A stretch of 64,000 bases of DNA from Candidatus Poribacteria bacterium (GTDB lineage: Bacteria; Poribacteria; WGA-4E; PCPOR2b). The number at the start of each line of letters is the position of its first letter. Position 1 is the first letter of the stretch. Of this stretch, positions 9,322-18,797 are shown in pieces. The notes beneath the pieces are model-generated. The model was not told the DNA's origin and searched no databases. It saw only the letters and a program-made list of their open reading frames with translations. Location of the stretch: the NCBI GenBank assembly GCA_965208675.1, contig OZ242351.1, positions 4,768,001 to 4,832,000 of the forward strand, given 5' to 3'. The translations under genes and the position numbers were made by a program.

Positions 9322-10245
9322 ATGAAATACGATAAAACCAATAGGACGTTTGACTGCGAACCCACCCTTAACGACACGCAAGTTTTGGAATTTTGCAAAA
9401 ATGGGTTTTTAATTTTGGAGGGTGTTGTCCAAGATGACATAAATCAGCGTACTTGCGATTACCTGGACGGAAAAATTCCGGCTGAACCCAGTTATATTCC
9501 CGAAGGACTCACGCATGAGGATTTAGAGCGAATTCGTAATTCGCATGAACCCAGCACAATCTTCCTTGAAGACTGGTTTGTCGAGCATGTTGTGCTCAAT
9601 CTTCAGGTCGCGGGGGTTGTACGGTCGCTCCTCGGAAGGAACGTCGGGTTGCCCGTGCTGATGAGTCTTCATCGTGCTGAATGTCCAGGTCCAGCGCAGG
9701 GGTGGCATCATGATGCAGACCACGTATTTGGGCCTGAGGTTCGTTTTATTCAGGCATTTTACTACCCGCAGGACACGCCATTGGAGATGGGCCCTACGGA
9801 GATTGTACCGGGATCGCACATTCGCCCTACCCACCGTGAGGCGGGAGAGAAAGGCCTTTCAACTAGCGCCCCCGCCGGTTCGTTTGTCATCCACTTTTTT
9901 CAGATCCTTCATCGCCGCGCCGAAGCCACTGGCGAAGGGGTTCGGCATATGCTGAAATATAACTATTGGCGTACAGTGCCGCCGCACAGAGATTGGATTG
10001 TTGAACCGGACTTTAACTTTCATACTGCCGACTATGGGAGCCATGGTATTGCCAGATACATTGCGCACATGTTCTATTGGCTTTGCGGAAAAGCCGACGA
10101 ATTTCGGATAATTGGAGGTCAGGCGTGGCCGTATTCAGGTTCAAGCATGAACCAGATTGGGAAAACCTATGGATTCGGCGAACCGGAGGGTTTTATTCCA
10201 AACTGGCGGCACAATAACGCCGACAATTACTCAATACCATCATGA
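9322..10245 (+). CDS. PhyH-family dioxygenase (paralog of 6045-6965)
   Basis: QGWHHDADH, GPTEIVPGSH, ILHRR; GGAGG RBS; collinear with the 6045 protein over its full length. Confidence 0.88.
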   Translation: MKYDKTNRTFDCEPTLNDTQVLEFCKNGFLILEGVVQDDINQRTCDYLDGKIPAEPSYIPEGLTHEDLERIRNSHEPSTIFLEDWFVEHVVLNLQVAGVVRSLLGRNVGLPVLMSLHRAECPGPAQGWHHDADHVFGPEVRFIQAFYYPQDTPLEMGPTEIVPGSHIRPTHREAGEKGLSTSAPAGSFVIHFFQILHRRAEATGEGVRHMLKYNYWRTVPPHRDWIVEPDFNFHTADYGSHGIARYIAHMFYWLCGKADEFRIIGGQAWPYSGSSMNQIGKTYGFGEPEGFIPNWRHNNADNYSIPS

Positions 10246-10258
10246 AAGGTTGGGGTCA

Positions 10259-12361
10259 ATGCAGGAATTGAGCAATAAGGAGTTCCACGTCGCTGTGGAT
10301 GGCGATAATACTAATCCGGGTACGCGGGAAAAGCCTTTTGCGACACTGCACCGCGCACGTGATGCGGTGCGTGAGTTCAAACAGGATTGCGGCTTGACCA
10401 CGGCTGTGACTGTGGTGGTGCGCGGAGGCAAGTATTATCTGGACAGCCCATTGGTTTTAACCGAACAGGACAGCGGCAGTCGAGAGTTTCCGGTTATCTA
10501 CACCAGCCACGCGGGCGAAGAGGCAGTTATTAGCGGAGGCGTGAAACTCACCGGCTGGGAGAAACATCAGGATAGTATTTTTAAGGCGAAACTCCCGCCG
10601 GGCAGTTGGAGCGTGAGTAAAAGCCGGCAGTTAACGTATAATGGTGAATTGCAGGTCCGAGCGCGTTGGCCCAATTTCGACGCGAATACAAACCCAGTCA
10701 TTGGTGCATATTTGAACATCGAGGATGCAGCAGAACCGGGCAGCGACACTTCTTTCAGATTTGCGCAGGGCGCGCTTCCCCGTGGGTGGAAGAAACCTCA
10801 ACTGGCGGAAGCGCTTGTTACGGTTGCGGGCGGATGGAGTACGAACGTCGTACCTGTTGAATCGGTGGACCGTGAAAATAGCATCATACGATTGCAACGG
10901 CGGACATGGCATAGCGAGAACGACAATTTCGTGCGATACCGTCACATGCCATTTCGAAATCGAGGGGAAGGTGACGCGCCGTTCGTGATGGAGAATATCT
11001 TAGAGGAGTTAGATACTCCTGGCGAATGGTGCCTCGATACTGAAGATAGGGTTGTCTATTTCCGGCCGCCTACACCGTTGTCGCCGGAGAGTGATGTTGT
11101 GCTGCCGCGCCTTGACAATTTAGTCGATAATCAGGGTGCTTCGTACGTTTCGTTATCCGGCTTTACATTTACCGAGACCACCAGCGGCGACAATTATCAT
11201 CGATCGGGCCTCGACGGTTACGGAGCCATGTTTCCGGTCAAAGGTTGGGACTACTGTGGTGAGGCGATTCATTTGAAGGACGCATCGTATTGTGTTATTG
11301 AAGACTGCCGTTTTTATGCCTTGGGCGGCAACGCAGTTTACTTAGAAGGCGACAACCTAAAGAACCAGATTGGACACAACGAATTCAACTATATCGGAGC
11401 CAATGGTGTAGCTCTTTTAGGAACTGCCGAGTCGCATCCCATTTCCAACAAGGTCGTCAATAACCACTTCGACCGAACGGGATGTATACTACATTACACA
11501 GCCGCCGTTTTTGCGGGGTTAAGCAATGGAAACTGGATTGCCCATAATGAAATCCATGACGTTCCGCATCACGGAGTAAATCTTGCCACGAATGGCCATG
11601 GCCGCAATCTGTTAGAATACAACGACATTCGCCGCACATGCTTAGTCCTGCACGACACTGGCGCTGTCAATATGTGGATGGATCCCTATGAAATCGGCGA
11701 TGATGGACGAGTTTATGTGCTCAACAGGACCGATCGCGCGGGGCACATTCTACGGTACAATTACATCACGGATACCGTGCAAGGGTTTTACTTGGATGAC
11801 TGGGCGAGCAACTGCCTGGTGTACGGAAACATTTTTGCCCACGTGTGGAATGGCGTGACCATCCACGGCGGAAAAAATAATCTGATAGAAAATAATATCT
11901 TCTATGATAGTGCGTGCATGGTCTACATAGCCAATGATTTGACTCATCGTCCTGAGGAAAGCGCAAAAGAGATGTGGGGCTTCTGTGTAGGAAATCGCGC
12001 ACGGAACAACGTATATCACTCGGGGAAAGGAAATTTGTGGTGGCTGTATACCGACGACAAAGAGTTCGGTCTACTCGACGATAAACGCATCGCCGAGTCA
12101 GAGGGAAATGTGTACTACATGACGCATGAGAATTACCAGATAGGGGAAACTTGGATGGAAAGACCCATGGTAGTGTACACCTTCGATGAATGGCAAAAAA
12201 TGGGTTACGACACTACTTCGGAGATTGCCGATCCGATGCTGATAGACCCTGAAGACGAAAACTTCAACTTACATCCGGACTCACCGGCATTGAAACTCGG
12301 ATTCCAACCTATTGACGCAAGCAGAATCGGCATTCAGTCCAAGGCCAAATCGGATCGATAA
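10259..12361 (+). CDS. Right-handed parallel beta-helix protein (pectate-lyase fold, GH141-like)
   Basis: FHVAVDGDNTNPGTREKPFATL, VRGGKYYL, ISGG, ARWPN, ENILEELDTPGEW, DTGAV, GFYLDD, DP...NFNLHPDSPALKLGF. ATG 10259 avoids overlap with the upstream PhyH. Confidence 0.85.
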   Translation: MQELSNKEFHVAVDGDNTNPGTREKPFATLHRARDAVREFKQDCGLTTAVTVVVRGGKYYLDSPLVLTEQDSGSREFPVIYTSHAGEEAVISGGVKLTGWEKHQDSIFKAKLPPGSWSVSKSRQLTYNGELQVRARWPNFDANTNPVIGAYLNIEDAAEPGSDTSFRFAQGALPRGWKKPQLAEALVTVAGGWSTNVVPVESVDRENSIIRLQRRTWHSENDNFVRYRHMPFRNRGEGDAPFVMENILEELDTPGEWCLDTEDRVVYFRPPTPLSPESDVVLPRLDNLVDNQGASYVSLSGFTFTETTSGDNYHRSGLDGYGAMFPVKGWDYCGEAIHLKDASYCVIEDCRFYALGGNAVYLEGDNLKNQIGHNEFNYIGANGVALLGTAESHPISNKVVNNHFDRTGCILHYTAAVFAGLSNGNWIAHNEIHDVPHHGVNLATNGHGRNLLEYNDIRRTCLVLHDTGAVNMWMDPYEIGDDGRVYVLNRTDRAGHILRYNYITDTVQGFYLDDWASNCLVYGNIFAHVWNGVTIHGGKNNLIENNIFYDSACMVYIANDLTHRPEESAKEMWGFCVGNRARNNVYHSGKGNLWWLYTDDKEFGLLDDKRIAESEGNVYYMTHENYQIGETWMERPMVVYTFDEWQKMGYDTTSEIADPMLIDPEDENFNLHPDSPALKLGFQPIDASRIGIQSKAKSDR

Positions 12362-12498
12362 TACTTTTTACAGGATAGGCAGCCATCTTTAGGATATTTT
12401 GTCGTGGTTCGCTCGGGACGAGATGTTTCATTGAAGATTGGTTTATGCGACTGCCACCCAAGCAGTCGTGCGCAATGCTCCCAGATTGATGGTTAATC

Positions 12499-13770
12499 TT
12501 ATGAGCCTGATAGCGTGCGCGCCGACGCGTGCGGCATCATCATGAGGGTCGCATAAATTTTTGCAACTGTGACAAGATCGGTGATACTCACCCGTTCATC
12601 TACGCCATGAGCACTTTTACCGTCAACGCCGTATCCTACTCCTGGTAGACCACCATCGACCACGAAAAAGTGAAGATCTGTGAATCCGCTTGTAGCACTA
12701 AAGCTAGGGGGCCGTTCGCGAACGACTCGCACGGCTTCGCCGAAGGCTTGCACGAATGGGTGCCCCACGTCTACGATGCAAGGTGCAATAGAGAGGATTG
12801 TGTTGACATCTACTCTTAACTCCGAATCCGAGGTGCAAATTTCCTTAATGATTTCCCGAATTTCTTGTTCAACTTCTTCAAGGTTTTCCGAAGGAATGAC
12901 GCGCCGGTCAATAGAGAAGGTGGCTTGCGCCGGAACCGTATTCACTTTATCTCCATCGGTGCCGTGAAAGACGCCACCGATACTAATCGTCGGACGCCGA
13001 TGCTGTCCCGAGTCTGTTTCAAAAACGCGCTCGGGCGGCGCTAAACGCTCTTTTTGGAGTTGAAGCGCCGAAACGAGTGATACCATTTTCTCGAACGCAT
13101 TCAAACCCTTTTCCGGCTGAGACGCGTGTGCTGCCACACCGTGAACTGTCACGTTTATCCAAATGACGCCGTTGTGGCCGACACCCACATTCAAGAGGGA
13201 ACCCCCTTCGCAGTTGACGACATAATCCGCCTGAATCATCCGATTTTGAACTAAATAACCTGCGCCGAGTTCCCCTCCGATTTCCTCATCGCAGGTGAAG
13301 GAACATTCAATGTTGAAGACAGGTCGAAGGTTGTTCTCCCGAATGGACGAAATCGCAAATAACAAAGCAGCAACTGAATCCTTCATGTCGTCGGCACCTC
13401 TGCCATAGAGCCATTCATCTTCGATTTCAGGTGCAAACGGCGGAAACCGCCAATTCCCAGCAACTGGAACGACATCGTAGTGGGCGTTGAAATGAATCGT
13501 TTTATTTGCGCCAACATCCCATCGGGCGATTAAGTTGAGACGCGGATAAGCGTCTGCATGGGGCAATACACTAAGCGTTTCTGATTCTGGTACTGGAATA
13601 ACCATTGTGTGAAGACCAAGCCCTTCACACCGCTTTTTGAGCAGATTGACCATTTCCACATAATTTCTGCCCGGTGGATTAGTGGTGTCCACTGCAACTA
13701 ACTCTTTCAGAAGATTGCCTAACCTCGTGCGACTTTGTTCAATTGTCCGATATACTTTTTCCACCGTCAT
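12499..13770 (-). CDS. M20 family ArgE/DapE-type deacylase/metallopeptidase
   Basis: FNAHYDVVP, LYGRGADDMK, DEEIGG, VNCEG, GVAAHAS, DRR, GFTD, AHGVDE. Confidence 0.9.
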   Translation of the reverse strand: MTVEKVYRTIEQSRTRLGNLLKELVAVDTTNPPGRNYVEMVNLLKKRCEGLGLHTMVIPVPESETLSVLPHADAYPRLNLIARWDVGANKTIHFNAHYDVVPVAGNWRFPPFAPEIEDEWLYGRGADDMKDSVAALLFAISSIRENNLRPVFNIECSFTCDEEIGGELGAGYLVQNRMIQADYVVNCEGGSLLNVGVGHNGVIWINVTVHGVAAHASQPEKGLNAFEKMVSLVSALQLQKERLAPPERVFETDSGQHRRPTISIGGVFHGTDGDKVNTVPAQATFSIDRRVIPSENLEEVEQEIREIIKEICTSDSELRVDVNTILSIAPCIVDVGHPFVQAFGEAVRVVRERPPSFSATSGFTDLHFFVVDGGLPGVGYGVDGKSAHGVDERVSITDLVTVAKIYATLMMMPHASARTLSGS

Positions 13771-13830
13771 TTCATCCTTTAATTGAGTGGAGTGCGTGTG
13801 TAGTATTCATTTAACTTTCGAAAGAATCCC

Positions 13831-14583
13831 GTGCCCTATTCCAAAGAATTCTTCGCGCTTCAACTATCCTGTGCGCACAAGCTCGCTAACAGATTTCGGC
13901 GAAATTTGGATGATATTCTGTACGATTACACCACATTTGCCAGAAGTATTGAGTTAACACCCGAAAGACCGTACGATCAGTCGAATCCTGTTTGGAAAGG
14001 CTATATTGAAGGACTACGTAGAGCGGTAGACGACGCAGAATGGACGCACTATTATTACTCGAACCATTGCGCCAAAGACCCGACATCCACGGACGAGGCG
14101 TTCAATGGTAACATGTTATTTGGTTCTTTCTATTTCGTTCTCCGTGACAATCGAGTTGTCAGGCCGCATTTCATAAAGTTGGGAGATGATACATCTCCGA
14201 ATAGCCCCATCAGCAAGGAGAGATTAGCTGAAAGTCTAGCGAATTTGACGAGTATGTTCCAATATATCAAGGACAATGTCAGTGGGGCAAAAACGGTTAA
14301 AGGCAACACCTGGTTATACAATTTGGAGGCATACAAAAGGCTTTTTCCGCCAGAATACACGGCACAGATGGTAGCGAATGAATCGCGCGAATTCCAATTC
14401 TTGTCGTTGTGGGGCCAGTTTTTTGATAGAAATTGGCAGGTCAAAAACTTGCTCGCAAACGAATTACTCAACCGAATAGATGCGCTGAACAGTTTGGCAA
14501 ACCTAAGGTTCTGCTTTCCGTACCAATCGTTGATGCCTGAGTTGAATATTCAGGCATTTTATGATTTCTATGGAATTAGTTGA
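13831..14583 (+). CDS. Hypothetical soluble protein
   Basis: 250-aa aromatic-rich ORF (GNTWLYNLEAYKRLFPPEY, SLWGQFFD); divergent from the M20 gene; no family recognised. Confidence 0.65.
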   Translation: MPYSKEFFALQLSCAHKLANRFRRNLDDILYDYTTFARSIELTPERPYDQSNPVWKGYIEGLRRAVDDAEWTHYYYSNHCAKDPTSTDEAFNGNMLFGSFYFVLRDNRVVRPHFIKLGDDTSPNSPISKERLAESLANLTSMFQYIKDNVSGAKTVKGNTWLYNLEAYKRLFPPEYTAQMVANESREFQFLSLWGQFFDRNWQVKNLLANELLNRIDALNSLANLRFCFPYQSLMPELNIQAFYDFYGIS

Positions 14584-15317
14584 CGGCAGCGAACCGGAAA
14601 CGCCGTGACGGCATCGGTTGCGTAACTGTGTCACGGACGATGGCACATTGCGTTAGCATGTATGCGGCGAGCGAGTCAACTAACTTTGATTTAATGTAAG
14701 TTCGCCGTCTTGCCCGACCTCTGTTTTGGCATCATTTTCATCACGGCGTAAACCTTGGCCAACGGTAATACGTATTACCAGTGGTTTGAATCAAAATTAA
14801 CTATGGGGAAATTTCTCCTCTGTGCAAAGGTGTCAGCTACGATTTCGCGCTGAAATCGCGTTCTCTCCTACATTTGCTTGTGCGCGATTTTGAACATATT
14901 ATATGGTCAGGTTACGAAAAACGTCTATTCCTTTCTCGAAAAGCGGCTCATGTAAAATGTGAGTGCGGACATCCAAGAAATCTGCTATACTCTCGGGAAT
15001 GAATTTTCCAATTCTCGATTTAGTTGATGATGACCTTGTAATCGACTAATCGCTCAATCACTTCCACTCCCACGGCTTGAAATGTTTGCACAAAGGCTTG
15101 TGAACAAACGCCCGCAACTTTCGCCGCTCCTTACGCGTGGTTCGCAAGAAGTAATTGAGCGCTTATATAATGGTGTGTAAGTGTTTAATAATGCTCGGAG
15201 GTATCTCCTTTAACTTTATCTTGCTATTAACGTCATGCACCGTTCTCAACATGACACCAACCGAAGCCCGGAGCCATTCGTACAAAGTCAAGTTTGGAAT
15301 TCTAACAATTCTTTTCG

Positions 15318-15662
15318 TCAATCAGATAGTTGAGTACGCTTCCCTTCGAAGGCACTCCCGTGAATAACGACATACAGGGTTCCCGCCGCGTAGACCAACA
15401 GTCTTAAGTCGAGTTCACCATGAAGAAGGTGAACCGAAAAGGCCACGGCGAAAACTAAAATCAGGACCAAACCACCTAAACGAATGGTCTTTGGAATCAT
15501 AAAGACCATTACGGCTATTGACTCGACGATGGCTAAAATAAGTAAGGCTTGATTGTCTGTACTAAGAGCGTGTTTCACCCCCGAGACACTTTGAAGCAAT
15601 ACGACGATAGCCAAGGTGAAATGGAATCCAATAAAAGCGCTGCGAATCATCTTGTGATTCAT
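15318..15662 (-). CDS. Small 4-TM membrane protein, DoxX-like
   Basis: Four hydrophobic helices; ILAIVESIAVMVFMIPKTIRLG and VHLLHGE resemble DoxX; AGAGGAAG RBS before ATG 15662. Confidence 0.65.
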   Translation of the reverse strand: MNHKMIRSAFIGFHFTLAIVVLLQSVSGVKHALSTDNQALLILAIVESIAVMVFMIPKTIRLGGLVLILVFAVAFSVHLLHGELDLRLLVYAAGTLYVVIHGSAFEGKRTQLSD

Positions 15663-15809
15663 GTACTTCCTCTGTAATGTATGTTGCGTTGCAACGGAAT
15701 ACAAAATGTCATTGGGGGCTTAGACTTGACCATAAGCGTGAGAAATTGTGTGGGGCACTGAATTAAAAGTTCTCTGGAGTTACTTGTAAAATTCCCCGGG
15801 TCTTCTACC

Positions 15810-16055
15810 GAATTCATGGGGCAAATCAAAATTAAAAGCACAATAGGCGTAACACCAAATTCATTGTCACCGACCATCAGATGTGCGAAAATGCCAGAGT
15901 GAAACCAAAGAAAAAACCAGCATACGCCCGCTCATTTAGGAATTCAGACTTTTTAGTAACGATTAGGTATAACGCCAAGAACTTTTGCAATGGCTAATGG
16001 ATACATCAGGCAGGTAGGTTACCCTGATCTAGATAACGTCTCGTTAACCCTTATG
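15810..16055 (-). pseudogene. Decayed DoxX-family membrane protein gene
   Basis: Hand translation: RVNETLSRSG*PTCLMYPLAIAKVLGVI /frameshift/ VTKKSEFLNERAYAGFFFGFTLAF /frameshift/ AHLMVGDNEFG. Matches the DoxX-like pattern LGYPxY...AKxLG...KEWAYAGFFF...H...GD, with one stop and two frameshifts. Confidence 0.75.
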
Positions 16056-16210
16056 AATTAGAGTTATTATTGGGAAGACCGTACCCATTAGGGTAACACA
16101 TTTCCCAAACCGTTGCACTCTTTTTTACATGAGTTTCTGAAATCCTGGAACAGCATTTTGCCCGGTTTCTGTACCTGAATGGCTGCTATTCTATCAATCT
16201 TCAAAAACTC

Positions 16211-16239
16211 TTGACAAGCATTCGATCAGGTGCTATGCT
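16211..16239 (+). promoter_or_regulatory. Putative sigma70 promoter ~580 nt upstream of nadC
   Basis: TTGACA-17 nt-TATGCT with extended TG. Confidence 0.55.
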
Positions 16240-16822
16240 TTGTTTCGCAAAATCCCGTGAAGTAGATGTTGATGTATTCTTGCCCAACGCCTTTCTCCCA
16301 TTGTGCCCATATTATTGCCGCATAGTCAGATCCATGATCTTGGGTCTGAGGTCTAACGACTGATAATTGTGCATGGGTAGAAAAGGAATCGGAGGGTAAT
16401 CATGGAGAATGTTGCGTGTTGAAAGATCGATTAATGCCTAACTGGATTACGTTGTGCTATGGTGCGCACGGCACACATGTCCGTATTTGGTCGAAGGATG
16501 CCTCCACAACCAGCCATGTAAATTGGATTCGTATTGTGATGGCCATCATGGCAGTAGTGTCGGCGAGTTCTGCTGCTTTTCGACAAAATTAGCTAAAGAT
16601 ATGGCAAATTAACACAATTTGATACTTTCTCTCTTTCATGAGCATGTGCCATCATCTAAACAGACTTTGGACTTTTACAGAAGAAAAAAGAGTAGGCAAT
16701 TAGGGGAAGACTGTTGAACCTCCAAATAGGTTATCACGGTTTGGCGAACATTAGGGCGGTTGAAACGGATTCTTCATTAACCGCGTGATACCTAGATTGC
16801 AGGCTTAAATCAAACAGCCAAA

Positions 16823-17662
16823 ATGCTAGATTTTCGTTCGATAGAGTCACTCATTGAACTTGCGCTCGCGGAGGACATTGGAACCGGCGACATAACTACC
16901 GAGGCCACAGTTTCCACTACGCAAAAAGGAATCGGCGTTATTGTTGTCGAGGACGATGGTGTGATTGCTGGACTTCCGGTGGTTGAACGTGTTTTTCAAA
17001 AGATTGACCCGTCACTTGAATTTCGGAAGTTTGTCGCGGATAGCGATAGGGTTAGGAAGATGACTCCAATCGCTGAAGTAAGGGGCAGCGTGAAACCCAT
17101 CCTCACCGGTGAACGCACTGCGCTCAATTTTCTGCAGCGTCTGTCGGGAACTGCAACGATGACCGCGCAGTTTGTTGAGCTAGCTGAGAAATATGATGTG
17201 CAGATCACGGATACACGTAAGTCCACCGCTGGTTGGCGAGCTGTTCAGAAGTACGCCGTCAGTATGGGCGGCGGGAATAATCATCGTTTTGGACTTTTTG
17301 ATGGCATCCTTATCAAAGATAATCACATTATAGCAGCCGGCAGTGTTTCCAGAGCTGTGAAGAAGGCTAAATTTACAGCCCCACACACCATGAAGATTGA
17401 GGTTGAAGTCGAAACACCCGATCAAGTTGAAGAAGCCATGAGTGAAGGAGCAGACATTCTATTACTGGATAACATGCCAGTGGAGCTTATGAGAACTACC
17501 GTCGAAAAAGTCGCTGGTCGAGTCCTTATAGAAGCATCGGGAAATGTAACGATTGACAAAGTAGACGCCGTTGCGGCAACGGGAGTAGATTTAATCTCTG
17601 TCGGGGCATTGACGCATTCGGCGATTCCCTTAGACATGAGTTTGGATTTAACGTTAAACTGA
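16823..17662 (+). CDS. nadC: Nicotinate-nucleotide diphosphorylase (quinolinate phosphoribosyltransferase)
   Basis: ALAEDIGTGDITT, ERTALNFLQRLSG, DTRKS, HRFGLFDGILIKDNH, IEVEVE, ILLLDNM, EASG, ISVGALTHS. Confidence 0.97.
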   Translation: MLDFRSIESLIELALAEDIGTGDITTEATVSTTQKGIGVIVVEDDGVIAGLPVVERVFQKIDPSLEFRKFVADSDRVRKMTPIAEVRGSVKPILTGERTALNFLQRLSGTATMTAQFVELAEKYDVQITDTRKSTAGWRAVQKYAVSMGGGNNHRFGLFDGILIKDNHIIAAGSVSRAVKKAKFTAPHTMKIEVEVETPDQVEEAMSEGADILLLDNMPVELMRTTVEKVAGRVLIEASGNVTIDKVDAVAATGVDLISVGALTHSAIPLDMSLDLTLN

Positions 17663-17710
17663 AGTAATGGGATTAAAGCACGAGTAAGCATGGCTTTGAA
17701 ATAAAAACCG

Positions 17711-18757
17711 ATGCAAGCGTTCTTGAGTCAGTCGCTGAACCGAAAGAATATTATTCGTGGGTTTCTATTTTTTGTACTCTGTACACTAATTGGCTTGTAT
17801 GTCAGTTTTTTGTGGGGAGGCACGAAAAATCTAGGCAGCGCGTTGAGTTCGATACGCGGCAAGTTCTTAATTATTGCGCTGTTTTGCATGCTATCGGATT
17901 GGGCATGTGGCGCCGCACGCTTCTACATTTTTGTGCGAAAGATGACACCGCAGGTCACCTTTTTTGATAGCATCCGCGCCACTTTAGCAACACTTTGCGT
18001 GGGTGGAATCACGCCGTTTCAGATGGGAGGAGTCGGATACATCTACATTTTCAACCGGAGCGGAGTACCACTATCGGGTTGTATGACGCTAGGCATCATC
18101 AGTTTTATCGGTACGCTGATGTTTCTTATCTGTTCAGCGGGCTACGCTGTCTGGAAATCTCCCAGTTTTTTACCCAAAGGGTTTGCCATATTCGGCCAAT
18201 ATAGTTTAGCGATGTTTGCCCTTGTGCTCTTGTTCTTGTTCGTCATGGTCATCAAGCCCGGCGTTCTCCTGTTTCCGTTGACGAAGATTCGCCTCATGAA
18301 CCGCCGCGGTTTTCCATTCCCCACCAAGGTTTTGAATCGTTTGGTGTTATCGGTTGAGAAATTAATTGGGGAGCACAAGGCGTTTACCCACATGTTCATC
18401 GCACACCACAAGGGAGTCTTTGCTTTGAGTCTTCTCTTTTCGGGCGGCATATACATGAGCCGATTCGTGGGCGGATATGTTATTGTGCAGGTGTTAGGCG
18501 GAAACGCGCCGTTTTGGGACGTTATTGCAGCACAAGCAATACTACACTTTACAACACTGTTCGCACCAAGCCCGGGCGCAAGCGGAATCGCCGAATTTTT
18601 TACTGTTGTTCTAATGGAGGATTTGATTAAACCCGACGTGGTTGCGCTGTACGCACTAATGACACGTTTTTTCACAACTTATTTTGCTGTCGCCATTGGA
18701 GGAACCGTTTTAGTCCCACAATTGGCGAAGGACTTGAAGCAGGGAAAAGTCGAATAG
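17711..18757 (+). CDS. Lysylphosphatidylglycerol-synthase TM / UPF0104 flippase-like membrane protein
   Basis: Multi-TM; GGITPFQMGG, APSPGASGIAE and RFFTTY motifs. Confidence 0.8.
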   Translation: MQAFLSQSLNRKNIIRGFLFFVLCTLIGLYVSFLWGGTKNLGSALSSIRGKFLIIALFCMLSDWACGAARFYIFVRKMTPQVTFFDSIRATLATLCVGGITPFQMGGVGYIYIFNRSGVPLSGCMTLGIISFIGTLMFLICSAGYAVWKSPSFLPKGFAIFGQYSLAMFALVLLFLFVMVIKPGVLLFPLTKIRLMNRRGFPFPTKVLNRLVLSVEKLIGEHKAFTHMFIAHHKGVFALSLLFSGGIYMSRFVGGYVIVQVLGGNAPFWDVIAAQAILHFTTLFAPSPGASGIAEFFTVVLMEDLIKPDVVALYALMTRFFTTYFAVAIGGTVLVPQLAKDLKQGKVE

Positions 18758-18797
18758 TTCGTGTTTTGAGAGTTGCACGCGATTTGGACATCTAAGT

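Noticed and set aside
10157-10258. Upstream extension of the beta-helix ORF, and similar extensions of rpsN, rpmC, rplB and rpsM
   Set aside because: They overlap neighbours or precede the RBS-supported, family-typical start.
14620-14660. Integron attC site (TAAC...hairpin...GTTAGCA) after the hypothetical gene
   Set aside because: About 35 nt, shorter than attC sites; single copy; no integrase.
16402-16434. Selenocysteine readthrough of MENVAC-TGA
   Set aside because: Readthrough meets TAA after three more codons; no SECIS-like support.
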